Assembly (NCBI GenBank): GCA_051362555.1
Contig: CM120649.1
Coordinates: 2,480,001 to 2,544,000, forward strand
DNA from: Lingula anatina
Lineage: Eukaryota > Animalia > Brachiopoda
Direction: 5' to 3'
DNA length: 64,000 nucleotides
Made by a program: the position numbers and the translations under genes. The first letter of the stretch is position 1; every line of letters starts with the position of its first letter. This document shows, piece after piece, positions 1-12,682 of the stretch. The notes beneath the pieces were generated by a model that had not been told where the DNA came from, did no database searches, and saw only the letters and a list, made by a program, of their open reading frames with translations.

Positions 1-661
1 ACTGTGAGACCAGCAGGAATATTGTAACACTAACATTATGGTTTTACCTCCAATCACCGCGATATCCACATGAAGGCGGATACAAGTCACCGTTACCGCG
101 TCTCCTCATACACTACACGTTGGTTAGTTACTTGGACCTGAGGTCACACTCTTAACTTGAACTCCTAGGTTTTAGGTTCTGTCGATGCATTTGTATAGCT
201 CGAAATGCACCTTTGTCACATTTTTTACAAAAGTAAACGAGCAAAATTTTATTAATTCTATGATATCCTTCTTTTCTTGTACAAAAATGAGTCTAGACAC
301 TAGTTGTATTTTATTGTACAAAAAAAAGAAAGAAAAGAAAATTAATTGCTGACTCTCTCTCTCTCTTTCTCTCTCTCTCAAATATTTGCGAAACAATTTA
401 CAATTTAATTTAACTTACAAGCTTTACAAATTTTTTTTTGGGGGGTGGGGGGGTGGGGGGCATTTTGGGCAGAGAATACTTGTAGAAATAATAGGCACAT
501 GTTATGAAAACGTGTTACGAAACCTGAAGATCTAAAATCGTGGTTAATTTGCAGTCAGTTTGTTTTCTCATCATGCTGTATCGGCCGACAGCGCGACAAA
601 GAGCATCAAGGGAAAAGCATTCATACATTAATTTAACCAGTATATCTTATTATGTTTTCAC

Positions 662-887
662 GTGTTCCGCGTCGGGAATTAAGGTGTATATCAGCCGCGT
701 TCCATCCAACGTGGAAGTCAAGATGTGCCAACAGAATGTCGAGTTGATCCGCAGCAGGAATAAGTTCTATGCCCAGTACATCGATATCTCTGAAAGTAAT
801 GAAGTTAAGGAATTTCTAAGGAGACAAGAAGGGACTTCTATCGGTCCACAGCTTTTTAACGGCGAGGAATACTTTCTGACACTGTAA
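662..887 (+). pseudogene. Divergent SH3BGR-like exon relic
   Basis: GIKVYISRVPSNVEVK..YIDISESNEVKEFLRR..GPQLFNGEEY, then a jump into sequence matching the 3' UTR of the 43329 gene. No AG at the expected acceptor. Confidence 0.7.
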
Positions 888-2439
888 AGACGACAAGACT
901 CGCAAATGTACATGTATAATGTACTTCAACCGCCATTTTGACGAAAACCTCACAACATATTTCGAAAAGAGAAATGTCTGAAGTTGGACGAGCTAACATG
1001 ATTGTATTATAGGGGTATATACCAGTACATAATAAATAATAAAAAATAAAAAAATACACGGGGCGTTACCACAAGATATAACTTAGCCTAAGAGCATTAT
1101 ACCGGGGTACATATTCACTGTGCTGCGGACTGAAAAAATTAAGAAAATTATTCAATATTTTGCACCCTTACAAGAGAAAAATTGTTTTGCAAACAAGCCT
1201 TAAATTTTTATGCAACTGACATTTGAATACACATTTCCTCATATAGTGTCGCACGTGAGCTGTTAACCTACAGGTGTATTTCCGCTGGTCGTGTGTGATG
1301 TCGCCCGTGTCACCAGAAATGACATGCATATCCGACTGCCATTCAGCGAGAGTCCCTGTGGATTTAACTCAATAGAGCGGTAGTTTCGTTTGGAATGAGC
1401 CTTTATTTAATAGATTCAGCACATCTTTCCATGTACAAAGAACGCTAAAGTATCGTTCATCGCATGTGTTTACAGTCTCGTAAGAACTGATAGTGTAAAG
1501 CGACACCCTCTCCCAGGGCAACAGCTTGATTGATTTTCATTACATATTCACAAATATGTCTCTGGCTTATTCATATCACATTTTTTACAAATGAACAAAA
1601 TTCATCTGCAGCCCTGGCAGAGGGTAAAATGGGGGCCCACTTTTCATGCAGCGTCGTCGGTCTGTTCAGTTTCTTTGAAGGTATTGTTTGAAGGGCGCAG
1701 ATTGTGCTGTCCACGCTCACCTAACGCATTCTGCTGTCCTCACTCACCTAACACCGTCTGCTGTCCACGCTCACCTAACACATTCTGCTGTCCACGCTTA
1801 CCTAAAGCATTCTTACTATTGAACTCCCTGTGGTACCTCTCTGAGTCCAATTCATCATCTTGATCAGCTTTAGGTCAATATTTGAGGAGGCGGTGCGATT
1901 TAATTTTTTTTTTTCTTAAATCAAAATAAGTGGTAATCAACCCAAACATATTTTGTACAGGAAAATATAAATAGCAATATTTCTAGCAAAATAAAAAGGT
2001 TTCGTTGTCCTCTAGTACATAGACCATCACGTTGATATGAATCTACTAGTTTACATATCTTCTTAACATGCGTACTTCAACAAACATTATCACGTATAGG
2101 ACCCGTGGGCACTAGATCGTGGGCGGCAGCGGGGCTGAAGTGAATCCAACATGGCGGCCCCCTGCGCCAAGATGAGAAAGCTGACGATGCTTGTACGGCT
2201 GATATGTTATTTGTTCTACTACCTACATGTAGTGCCGATCCAAATAAATTTTATTACTTTTTTATTTTTATTTTGCAGTCGAATTATATAATATATTAGA
2301 ACTCCTTTTAAAACTCTTCTTTCCAGTGGGCAATTTCAACTCAAGTGAAACGATACCAAAAAGACTTAAAACATTTTGTCACAGGAGTATTTGAGATTGG
2401 TGCATATATTTTGCGGTTCAGTTTTATTAACACATCAAA

Positions 2440-2626
2440 TGTGTCTTTGAATGACACTTATCTCTGCTTTGAAGAGAATTTTTAAAACTTTTACAATTAA
2501 CAGGTATTTGGTTATCTTAAATCTTTTTAGTTTTAAATGTTAGTCTTTAATTTATCTTTGCGGTTTTAGTTTTTATATGTTAGTGTAAGCACCGCTGAGA
2601 CGCGCATGTATCGGGGTTTTAAAAAT

Positions 2627-2658
<32 letters not shown>

Positions 2659-2660
2659 TT
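2440..2660 (+). mobile_element. Possible LINE (L2/CR1-like) 3' tail ending in (ATT)n
   Basis: T-rich stretch, then TGTAAGCACCGCTGAGA..AAATGT followed by (ATT)n. Confidence 0.35.
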
Positions 2661-2829
2661 TTTTTTTTTAGGAAAATCATTTCAAATTCCGAATTAATTG
2701 GTAGTGACAGGCTGGAAAGGTAATAAATGCAAAAGCATTGACATTTCCCGCCTTATTATTGAGCAGTTAACAATATGTCCCTGTACAAAATGAGGGCCTA
2801 CTTAGATTAACTTCACAGACAGTCAGTGC

Positions 2830-3880
2830 CTGGTTTAATAAACTGGTTCAGTTCTGCTATCTCGTGTATCATGTGCCTCGTGGTAGGTTTAAATGAGCCA
2901 TCTAGAATGTGTTGAAAATCAGAATATAGACTAAATCCGTGCAAATTACCATCTAGACAACTGAGGAACTTTTCCATTATAACTAAACATGGGGCGACTG
3001 ATATTGGCAGTCTCCCAGATACGTGTGCAGGGCGTACAGCTCGGGTGACTAGCTATCAGGACGAGTGAGGTGTGTTCTCACGTACGCCAAACAGTGCAGA
3101 TTTAAAGCCACCCTCTCCATACAATATTTTTTCGTGTTAATTCCAGCCATTTCTGTAATATTTACTTTAGCGATAAGGGAAAAGTTCCTCAATTATATAG
3201 GCGGTAATTATCAGTGTTTTGTTTAAACTTTCAACTTTCAACTTTTTACTTATTTGATATTTATTCATGTTTTGTATTCTGAGATATATAAGTAATGCTT
3301 GCATTAAAGCTATTTTGAAAGTTCCAAAATCCCTTGAAATGAGATGTTAGTAATCCGTGGCAGGAAAGGTAGTAACTGCTTAATCATTAATCAGTAGCAG
3401 CGTCCTGTCCTGGTATTGAGCAGTAAACAACTTGTCCTTGAACAAAATGTTATCAGAGAGTCGGGGTGGATATAAAGCGACTTGAAACGCAATATCAGTG
3501 CCTGGTTCAATAAACTAGCCCAGTTTTTACCCTCTCTTGTAACAAGTGCCTCGTGGTGCGGTGTACATCTCAGGTGACTCCAGCTATCAGGACGAGTGAG
3601 GTGTGTTCTCAAGTACACCCACGTCAACAATTAGTGCAAACTTAAAGATCCATAGTTTGAGGGTATTTAAAAAGTTCCAAAACCCCGTAAAATAAGATGT
3701 CTTGAAACGCAATATCAGTGCCTGGGTTAATAAACTAGCCCATTTTTTGCTATCTCCCGTAACAAGTGTCTGTGTTGCCTCGTAAAACGAAGGTGATTCC
3801 GGCTATCAGGACGAGTAAGGTATGTTACTTCTCACGTACACCCAAGTTTACAGTAAGTGCAGATTTAAATGAGCCAGCTA
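2830..3880. repeat. Degenerate ~130-bp module repeated 2-4 times upstream of TRIM copies 1, 3, 4 and 7
   Basis: AATAAACTAGCCCAGTT..GTGCCTCGTGGT..GCTATCAGGACGAGTGAGGTGTGTTCTCACGTACACCCAAG at ~2835, 3510, 3730, 17340, 17645, 25605, 25905, 56205, 56510, 57880 and 58415. Confidence 0.75.
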
Positions 3881-4804
3881 CATATAGAATGTGCTGAAAA
3901 TCAGAATATAAACTAAATCCCTGGAAATGTAATAAAACTCAATAATGCATGCATGAATGTTAGTATGATTTTCACAGTTTTGGGGAGGTGATTTATTTTC
4001 ATTATTATTACGAGAATGGAAATTTGAAATAGGAAAATCTCTTGAATTATATCTTTCGATGATCGAACTACGTGGCTTCTGAACACTTTTCACGAAACCG
4101 AAGGCCAAATTTAGTGCAAATCAATGGTTGATTGAACTCAGATATAAAAAGGGGAACTATATAAACATACAGTTACAGGATGTCGGGGGCTGGGGTCTTG
4201 TCTGAATAGTAGATCGACCTGAAGAACAAAAAAATCAAATTTGGCACTAACCTTTATCAAATATTGTTTACCAGGTATAATTTATAGACACGTAAATATT
4301 TGATAAAATCAGGTGATTCTGTAACAGTCCATGGGTCTAAGGAGGGTGGCGAGAGGAAAATTCGTAAATAAGAAGCTACCAGTATTAAACTGCAATTTGA
4401 TCTATGATTGATAACGAGTTTTAAATGTTGTTGGTCATACAATCATGATACATGTATTATTCAGAAAAATAAAACGCGCACCAGATGCTCGATAAATTAG
4501 GATAATGTTGTTGAACATTGTTTCTTGGCTGAATGCAACTGAAGTTATGTAGAACTGACTAAAATTTTCACAAAATCACTCCATTTCCACAATTTCTCTT
4601 ACCAGATAATCAGATATCTTCTCAGATAATTTATTCAAGAACGAACTTTTTCCCAATTTAAGGAAAAGTAACCTGGTGAATATTGCTCACATTAAAATGA
4701 CTTTTAGCTGCATTTTAGGCCGGTCTAAAGACAATGTAACTGACGTGATTTTATGGGTTACCCTCGCATCCCCCACCGTCCTTGGCAGAGGATATCATCA
4801 CCTT

Positions 4805-4866
4805 GTCAGATGACGTGGTCTGATGTTCGTGTATAAAACCCAGAGGCAGTGTTAACCAGTTCAGTC
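4805..4866 (+). promoter_or_regulatory. TATA + initiator core promoter of TRIM copy 1, conserved in paralogs
   Basis: TATAAAA at 4832 and TCAGTC at 4861 (A 31 nt after the TATA start), with TGACGT just upstream. The same spacing occurs at 49419/49448 and 59574/59603, and similar at 18860, 27389 and 35923. Confidence 0.6.
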
Positions 4867-4963
4867 ACAAACAGAAAGGGCACGAAAAAACACGACATCA
4901 TGAAGTGACAAGACTTATATCACAGCGTTTTGGCTGTGTGTAAACTGAATTGAACCTAAAGTC

Positions 4964-6811
4964 ATGGCATCAAAGAAGTTGTACGAGGAGTTCAGTGACA
5001 ATTTTCTAACGTGTCACATCTGTCTTCACGAGTATGAAGACCCGCGTGTCCTCCCATGCTATCACACTTTCTGCCTGGCTTGTCTTGCCCAGCACGTGGC
5101 AGCGAGTGGGACGGGAGGCAACATCACGTGTCCAGTGTGCCGCCAGGAGGCGCCTGTTCCACCAGGTGGACTGGAGAAACTTGTCCGTAACTTCTTTTTG
5201 TCCAAGGTGAAGGACTTCATGTTGACAACAGAGAAAAAAGACCAAAAATGTGGTAACTGTCACTCACAAGTTGCTCAATTTTACTGTCAAGATTGCAAAC
5301 ATTTCTTCTGTGAAAACTGTCGACAAAAACAGCATGACGCTATAAAATTTCTGCGAGGACACACAATGATTTCAGTGTCTGATCACGATAAGCAAGTCCA
5401 GGAAGAAATGGACGCTAGACTATTTTGTGATAAACACAAAGGACAACAGTTAATCTTTTATTGCACTGATGACGATGTTGTTGTGTGTCGTGACTGTATT
5501 CTCACCAAACACAACAAACACAACTGTGTAGACATTGCAGATGTAGCAGAAATCCATAAAAAGAAAATAAACAGTGCCTTTAATAATGTATCTAAGAACA
5601 TTGCATTGTTTGAAAAAGCAGAGTCGGAAATATCTAAGCAACAGAAAGATACAACTGACCTCGTAAACAAAACGGTGGCCGACATACAACAACAGGAGGC
5701 AGATATTATAAAAGAGGTTCAGCGTATTTCTGCTCAATTGATAGCAGAAGCAAAAGACCACGCCGCAACGCACATGAAGTCACTCGAGGCTGAGAAAGAT
5801 CGTGTTCAACTACAGAAAGTATCCATCCACAGCACATGTGAGTTTGCCAAACAGCTTGTTCAACGTGGCTCTCACACGGAGTTGATGACACACGCTAAAA
5901 ATATCCAAGCAAGGATGAAAGAATTGAACAATATTAGACCCACCGTACATGTAAAAACAACAGAGATAAGTTTCAGTAAAGGCAAACTTCCAGCGGACTT
6001 CTTTGGTCGTGTGAAGAAATTAGAATGGCTGGATGCTGAATCTTTGGTGGATGAGTTTGACAGCAGTATGGAAGATGTATGGGACATATCGTGCAGCCAA
6101 AGAGGGACAATATATTCAGTTTCTCACTGGCAGGATAAAATTAAAGCAATATCACCATCTCATGAGATGATATTCCAGGTTGATGTACCAAGTCCCAGAG
6201 GTGTCACCGTGCTCAGTGATGACAGACTGGTGGTTACATGTTATGATGGATGCCGAGTGTATTCTTCCTCCGGGAAACATGTCCAAACATTTGGTCAGGG
6301 TGACATGTCTGGCCCCAGTGGTGTTACAGTGGACAACAATGGACACATACTTGTCTGTGATAGGACCAATAAATGTATCTGTGTGTATGACGCTTTGCAG
6401 TACAATCTTATCAATAAGATCAGTGTTCCTATGTGTGCGTGGCCACAATACATTGCAGTGCTCCCATGTCGTGATACCATTGTGGTGGGTGACAGAGAGG
6501 GACACTGTGTATATGGAGTGACCCCCCAGGGTGATGTAGTGTTCCAGTATGGTACACCAGGTAAGGAAGGCTCAGGTGATGGATACCTGGACCACCCCTG
6601 GGGATTGTGTACAGACAGCGTGGGGCACATCTTCATTGCTGACCAGTGGAATGACAGGGTGGTTGTTCTGACCTCAGATGGTCAACTGTTGAGATACGTG
6701 GTGGGTCCACAAAAGGTTTCAGAACCATGGAGTGTGACCATTGATAACAAAGGACAGCTTGTAGTGGGGGAAGATGAAGACAAGGTGAAAACATTTCGCT
6801 ATGTTTCTTAA
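4964..6811 (+). CDS. TRIM-NHL E3 ubiquitin ligase-like protein, copy 1 (615 aa, intronless, intact)
   Basis: C3HC4 RING (CHIC..PCYHTFCLAC..CPVC), B-box1 (CGNC..FYCQDC..FCENC..H..H), B-box2 (FCDKH..FYC..VCRDC..H..H), coiled-coil-like segment, then NHL repeats (P.GV.VD..G.I.V.D..N.R/C). Uninterrupted ORF with TATA/Inr upstream and AATAAA at 7290. Confidence 0.93.
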   Translation: MASKKLYEEFSDNFLTCHICLHEYEDPRVLPCYHTFCLACLAQHVAASGTGGNITCPVCRQEAPVPPGGLEKLVRNFFLSKVKDFMLTTEKKDQKCGNCHSQVAQFYCQDCKHFFCENCRQKQHDAIKFLRGHTMISVSDHDKQVQEEMDARLFCDKHKGQQLIFYCTDDDVVVCRDCILTKHNKHNCVDIADVAEIHKKKINSAFNNVSKNIALFEKAESEISKQQKDTTDLVNKTVADIQQQEADIIKEVQRISAQLIAEAKDHAATHMKSLEAEKDRVQLQKVSIHSTCEFAKQLVQRGSHTELMTHAKNIQARMKELNNIRPTVHVKTTEISFSKGKLPADFFGRVKKLEWLDAESLVDEFDSSMEDVWDISCSQRGTIYSVSHWQDKIKAISPSHEMIFQVDVPSPRGVTVLSDDRLVVTCYDGCRVYSSSGKHVQTFGQGDMSGPSGVTVDNNGHILVCDRTNKCICVYDALQYNLINKISVPMCAWPQYIAVLPCRDTIVVGDREGHCVYGVTPQGDVVFQYGTPGKEGSGDGYLDHPWGLCTDSVGHIFIADQWNDRVVVLTSDGQLLRYVVGPQKVSEPWSVTIDNKGQLVVGEDEDKVKTFRYVS

Positions 6812-7289
6812 CTACAATTGAAGTAATATATCAGACGTAACCGAAACGTTGTGAACATTTTCACCACAAAAAGAGAGAAGAATTACAGCGAAACTTTGTG
6901 CATGAACATTATTTGTTGAACACATAATTATGGATATTTCTGAAATTATAACTGTTATATTGGAAGGTGATGATATTGGTTAAAAAATTATTAGTTAAAT
7001 GATAATGGGAGAGGAAAATAATTTATTATGTACGTTAAATTCTATAAACTAACCAATTTCATGCCGAGGTTCAAAAGTGACAACAAAATAAATTAAATTA
7101 TTTTTTGTACTCTTTTTCGCACTTTTACAGTCAAGTATATACTACTTCAATCTTTTATTTGAACAATAATACAGTTTGATATGTTTCTTAGAGAAGGACA
7201 ATACATTGTACAACAAGTGATTTAACCTTCACTGAATCAAATGTACATCTACCTGGTAACAAGCTTGCACGTTCTTTTGTATTCTTGTA

Positions 7290-7295
7290 AATAAA
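7290..7295 (+). terminator. Candidate polyadenylation signal of TRIM copy 1
   Basis: TTGTAAATAAA is conserved downstream of all seven copies (~7290, 13111, 21482, 30333, 38785, 51863, 62009). Confidence 0.45.
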
Positions 7296-9800
7296 TGCTT
7301 TTAGAAATACCGTCAGTAATACCAGTATTTACTGTAAGACCAACAGGAATATTGTAACACTGACGTAAGCGCTGGGACATTATGGGTTTACCTCCATCTC
7401 GCTGCGATATCCACATGAAGCCGGATACAAGTCACCGTTACTGCGTCTCCTCACACACTACACGTGGGTTATACTTGGACCTGAGGTCACACCCTCAACT
7501 TGACTCCCTAAGTTTAAGGTTCTTTTGGGGCATTTGCATAGGTCGAAATGCACTATTGTCACATTTTTTTTCAAAGTAAATGAGCAATATCTCGTATTAT
7601 TTCCATGTTATCCTTCTTTTCATGTACAAATATGTGAGTTTGGACATCAGTTGTATTTAATTTTACAAAAAAAATGAAATGCTGACTACTCCCTCTCTCT
7701 CAAATAATCGCAAAGGAAATTCAACGAACGATCTCTACTAAACTGAGATTGCCGTTTCTTTAGGATAATCATTTTTTTCTGTTTTCGCGGTTATTTTCAA
7801 GCCCATGGATAGCTGAACATAAAATTGATGGCTTGGCGTCCCGTTGTGCTTTATTTATTTATTTATTTATTTTTGTATTTCACTAGTAAAAGTTTGAGCA
7901 TGCTATGACGACCGCGGTGTCGTCTGCCTCTTCATAAGTTGCGCCTTCCCTGTAAGCGTCATACACGGCCGCGTCCTTTTTTTTGTGTTTTCCCCGTGTT
8001 TTTTCGGTTTGGTGTCCGTACTTTTCAGTATCAACTGTAGATCCACGCTCACCTAACACATTCTGACCGTTGAACTCCCCGTAAAACCCCTCCGAGACCA
8101 GTGTACCATCTACAGGTCACTTACGGGTCTATACTTGAAAGGGCGGAGAGATACACAAAAAAAAAACGACAAAAATTATTCCATTTTGTTTAAAAAAAAG
8201 TCACACTGAATGCTCTAATGAGGCAAATATATTTGTGATATTCATTTTTTTTATATATTAAAGCTAAAAAATGGGTTTCCTCATTCTCTCATACACGGGC
8301 CATAATGTTGATCTAGCACTACTAGTTAATGTATCTCTGTATAGAACTCTGATTTCAGCTAAAATAATATGACGCCTTATCTTAATAATGCTTATGATAA
8401 CACGGACTACAGCCAATAGATGGCGGTAGGATCTAAGGCCGTGTTTCGACCGGGTTTATATATCAAAATAATAATGTTTTTTACATCTAAAAAAAGAGTA
8501 AGATGACCGAAAAAAGACAGAAAATAACAAAACGAAAAGAAAAACATTGTTGCTTAAATTTAGGTAGAATTGTTGGCAACCCGCTTTATCATCTAATATC
8601 AATTTGTCTAATAAATAGGCCGACCTAAGTTTTTTTAATGACGTGTAATTATATTTATTATTACTGAAGATCCCAATTTAAACCAAGAAGTATTTTGGTT
8701 TAGCGCTTTTTAGATTTTTATTAAAACATTGAATTTTTACGAGGCTATAAATCGTCTCCTGTATATTAGTGCTTTTACCTCGCTTTCGAGGAAATTGTTG
8801 ATCATTTCCCGGCAGTGAAAGTGTAATGCGTGGCGACCCTTATTTCGCCGACCTGGTTGGTTTTTCTGATATGTAGTGCCTAAAATTAACATTCCTACAT
8901 TATAACATGCAATTAGAAACAACATTCACACTAGCGATCAAGCACTATGTCTTTATCAAGGGTGAGAGAAGGGTGGAAAATTCCCTTGGGGTACACATAT
9001 TACACTGTAAATACAAAAGGCAAAGCCCGCTGGCTTTACTTTTTCAACAAAATATTTCCAATATAATTTTTCAAAAAGACACCAGGAAGCAAAATAAATT
9101 AAATCAACCAAACGGTTAACACCGGCTGGCTTTATTTCCAACAAAACGCTTTCGAGCATGCGCAGTCGTTTGAATCCTGTACTTAGCTACCGTGCAGACG
9201 TGTATGGTACCAGAGACGAACAAAAACAAAATTGAGACACAATACACAGTGATCTACAATCTCACTCCGTAAGTAGTGAATTCTTTAATAGCATATTTAT
9301 ATTTACAGTTGAGACCATACGGTGTTTTAAGTATAATATGGGCATATAATGAATAACGCAATAGTGAAAAGACTGATCTTGGCCCGTAACAAATATAATC
9401 GAGTCGACCTACTTTATACAATACTGCACATTGAAAGTGTGTCGCAGAGCGTCGACGGAATCATATGAAACTCAAGGACACTGGGTCATTTTAGATTTCT
9501 AGTAATGTGTTTACAGTAGAGTTTGTTATGCAGTATAGTAGGGGCCTTACGATGTAGGTATATCATGGCAAATTTCATATACGCCCTCAGCAAGTAGAAC
9601 TTAGACCAGGAAGGTGGTTTAGGGTTAGTGCGCCTATATCAAAACGGGTCAATATTCCAGATTGTTGATAAGTGAGTCATCCACTGGGACAGTTTAGGGT
9701 TTTTATACTAATGCATTTTAAGTACAACCTAGATAAATAACAGGTCGATGCATGGTCTGCCTCCCTCTATCTCTACTCACGCCTGTCTCTCGTTTCCTCC

Positions 9801-9836
<36 letters not shown>

Positions 9837-10630
9837 AAACACGGAAGCTTTGCCGTATCCATACTGTAGCAAATGTCATAACAAAATTTCCGGTGGATGG
9901 GTGAACATTTATTTAGACTCGTCTAGAAACAATTAATATGGTGACGGAGATCTGAAATATGATTGAAACAAATGAAAGTAAAAGAATAAACAAAATATAA
10001 ATTTAAACTTAATAAAACTATCACAATGAAAAAATTACAATACAATACATACAGTAAATAACTAGAAATACGTACATAACAATGCTGCCTCCACTCTTTC
10101 GCATACAGTACTAGGCGTGTTCCAACCATGACAATACATGGTGACGTTTTATTGGTGACGTTTTGTTACCAACAGAACACCAATGATCCAACATATGAGG
10201 GCGCAACTCACACCAAGGCGTGACAACACAAAGTAAACAAGATAAACAACAAAAACAAACAAAGCAAACAAACAGACAAAAATACAAATGAAAAATAAAT
10301 AAAAATAAAAAGGCCGACGACACATACCACATGGGGCTTACAAACATCTACTTGTTTTATCGTGGTGATATTGGACTGTACAGCACCAGGATGAGACACA
10401 GATAATGTGACTTGCTCTACGTGCCTCTGTCTTCCTCGTAACCACAATGTTAATACAACCTGTCATATAAACATTGGCCGTCACCACCGCATTAGGACTC
10501 AAAATCACGAGTATAAGATTTAATCGATGGCGTTTATCTCTCAAGCCAGTCAGATAAGATAAGATAAGAATTTACTCAGCCATTTATAAAAATTGGAAAT
10601 CATTTTTCTTTGGAACAATGATTGAAGCCG

Positions 10631-10684
10631 TTTTTTTTCTTTACAGATTGTGATCATCTGGTCAAGATGGGAATCTGCGTGTAA
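10631..10684 (+). pseudogene. Stub of the SH3BGR-like exon-2 5' end abutting the TRIM copy 2 promoter
   Basis: TTTACAG|ATTGTGATCATCTGGTCAAGATGGGAATCTGCGTGTA, homologous to the 35841 and 43804 sequences. Confidence 0.6.
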
Positions 10685-10852
10685 AAAACATCATCGCAGT
10701 GTCAGATGATGTGGTCTGATGTTCATGTATGTAACCCAGGAGCAGTGTTACATAGTTCAGTCTCAGACAGCAAATGCCATGAGAACTAGACATCATGAAC
10801 TGACGAGACGTATTGCTTTAGGCTGTGTGTAAACCTCATTCAACTTGGTGTC

Positions 10853-12682
10853 ATGGCATCCAAGAAGTTGTACGAGGAGTTCAGTGACAATTTTCTCACG
10901 TGTCACATCTGCCTTCACGAGTATAAGGACCCGCGTGTCCTCCCATGCTATCACACTTTCTGCCTGGCTTGTCTTGCCCAGCACGTGGCAGCGAGTGGGT
11001 CGGGAGGCAACATCACGTGCCCAATGTGCCGCCAGGAGGCGCCTGTTCCACCAGGTGGGCTGGAGAAACTTGTCCGTAACTTCTTTTTGTCCAAGGTGAA
11101 GGACTTCATGTTGACAACAGAAAGTAAAGACAAAATGTGCGGTAACTGTGACTCACAAGTTGCTCAATTTTACTGTCAAGATTGCAAACATTTTTTCTGT
11201 AAGAACTGTCGACAAAAGCAGCATGACGCAATAAAATTTCTGCAGGGACACACAATGATTTCAGTGTGTGATCACGATAAGCAAGTCCAGGAAGAACTGG
11301 ACGCTACACTATTTTGTGATAAACACCAAGGACAACAGTTAACCTTTTATTGCACAGATGACGATGTTGTTGTGTGTCGTGACTGTATTCTCACCAAACA
11401 CAACAAACACAACTGTGTAGACATTGCAGATGTAGCAGAAATCCATAAAGAGAAAATAAATAATGCCTTTAATGATGTTTCTATGAACATTGCACTGTTT
11501 GAGAAAGCAGAGTCAGAAATAGCTGAGCAACAGAAAGTTGCAACTGACGTCGTAAACAAAACGGTGGCCGACATACAACAACAGGAGGCGGATATTATAA
11601 AAGAGGTTTAGCGTATTTCTGCTCAGTTGATAGCAGAAGCAAAAGATCATGCCGCAACGCACATAAAGTCACTCGAGGCTGAGAAAGATCGCGTTCAACT
11701 ACAGAAAGTATCCATCAACAGCGCATGTGAGTTTGCCAAACAGCTTGTTCAACATGGCTCCCACACGGAGGTGATGACACACGCTAAAAATATCCAAGCA
11801 AGGATGAAAGAACTGAACAATGTCAGACCCACCGTACAGGTAAAAACAATAGAGATCACTTTCAGTAAAGGAAAACTTCCAGTGGACTTCTTTGGTCGTG
11901 TGACCATGTTAGAATGGGTAGATGAGTTCGAAAGCAGTATGAACAATGTATGGGACATAACGTGCAGCCACAGTGGAACAACATATCTAGTTTCTAAGTG
12001 GCCGGGTAAACTAACAGCAATATCACCATCTCATGAGGTGATATTTCAGGTTGATGTACCAAGTCCCAAGGGTGTCACCGTGCTCAGTGATGACAGACTG
12101 GTGGTTTCATGTGATTATGGATGCCGAGTGTATTCCTCCTCCGGGAACCATGTCAAAACATTTGGTCAGGGTGACATGTCTGGCCCCAGTGGTGTTACAG
12201 TGGACAACAATGGACACATACTTGTCTGTGACGTGTACAATAAATGTGTCTGTGTGTATGACGCTGTGCAGTACAATCTTATCAATAAGATCAGTGTTCC
12301 TATGTGTAAATATCCACGATACATTGCAGTGCTCCCATGTCGTGACACCATTGTGGTGAGTGACTGGTGTGGGCACTGTGTATATGGAGTGACCCCCCAG
12401 GGTGATGTAGTGTTCCAGTATGGTACACCAGGTGAGAAAGGCTCAGGTGATGGATACCTGAAGAACCCCTGGGGAGTGTGTACAGACAGCGTGGGGCACA
12501 TCTTCATTGCTGACCAGTGGAATCACAGGGTGGTTGTTCTGACCTCAGATGGTCAACTGTTAAGATACTTGGTGGGTCCAGAACAGGCTTCTCAGCCATT
12601 GGGTGTGGCCATTGATAACAAAGGACAGCTTGTAGTGGGGGAAGATGAAGGCAAGGTGAAAACATTTACCTATGTTCTTTAA
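10853..12682 (+). pseudogene. TRIM-NHL copy 2 with a single nonsense codon
   Basis: CAG (Gln in all other copies) is TAG at 11609-11611 and the frame is otherwise open to 12682. The TATA position reads TATGTAA (10728). Shares a 6-codon deletion before the NHL region with copy 5. Confidence 0.85.

Noticed and set aside
540-887. 115-aa ORF (and 14225, 22379) as functional SH3BGR genes
   Set aside because: Non-ATG starts, intron-like N-terminal sequence, and deletion of the conserved C-terminal GDY..F..A.E segment.
2830-3880. CRISPR-like array (130-bp modules or 27-bp repeats)
   Set aside because: Eukaryotic context, no cas genes, and no unique equal-length spacers.
5006-6636. Many antisense and alternative-frame ORFs over the TRIM genes (e.g. 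MKMCPTLSVH, MSATVLFT)
   Set aside because: Shadow ORFs that recur only because the TRIM CDS is duplicated; no independent coding evidence.
4964-6811. Assigning a gene symbol (TRIM2/3/32/56/71)
   Set aside because: The architecture overlaps these families, but orthology cannot be set without a phylogeny.
6811-7400. TRIM copies as independent retrocopies
   Set aside because: No poly(A) tail or TSDs, and shared promoter and downstream flanks indicate DNA-level duplication. A retro-origin of the intronless ancestor is not excluded.
10380-10520. Possible decayed signal-peptide exon upstream of the SH3BGR stubs
   Set aside because: Similarity to the 43329 exon is too weak to support by eye.
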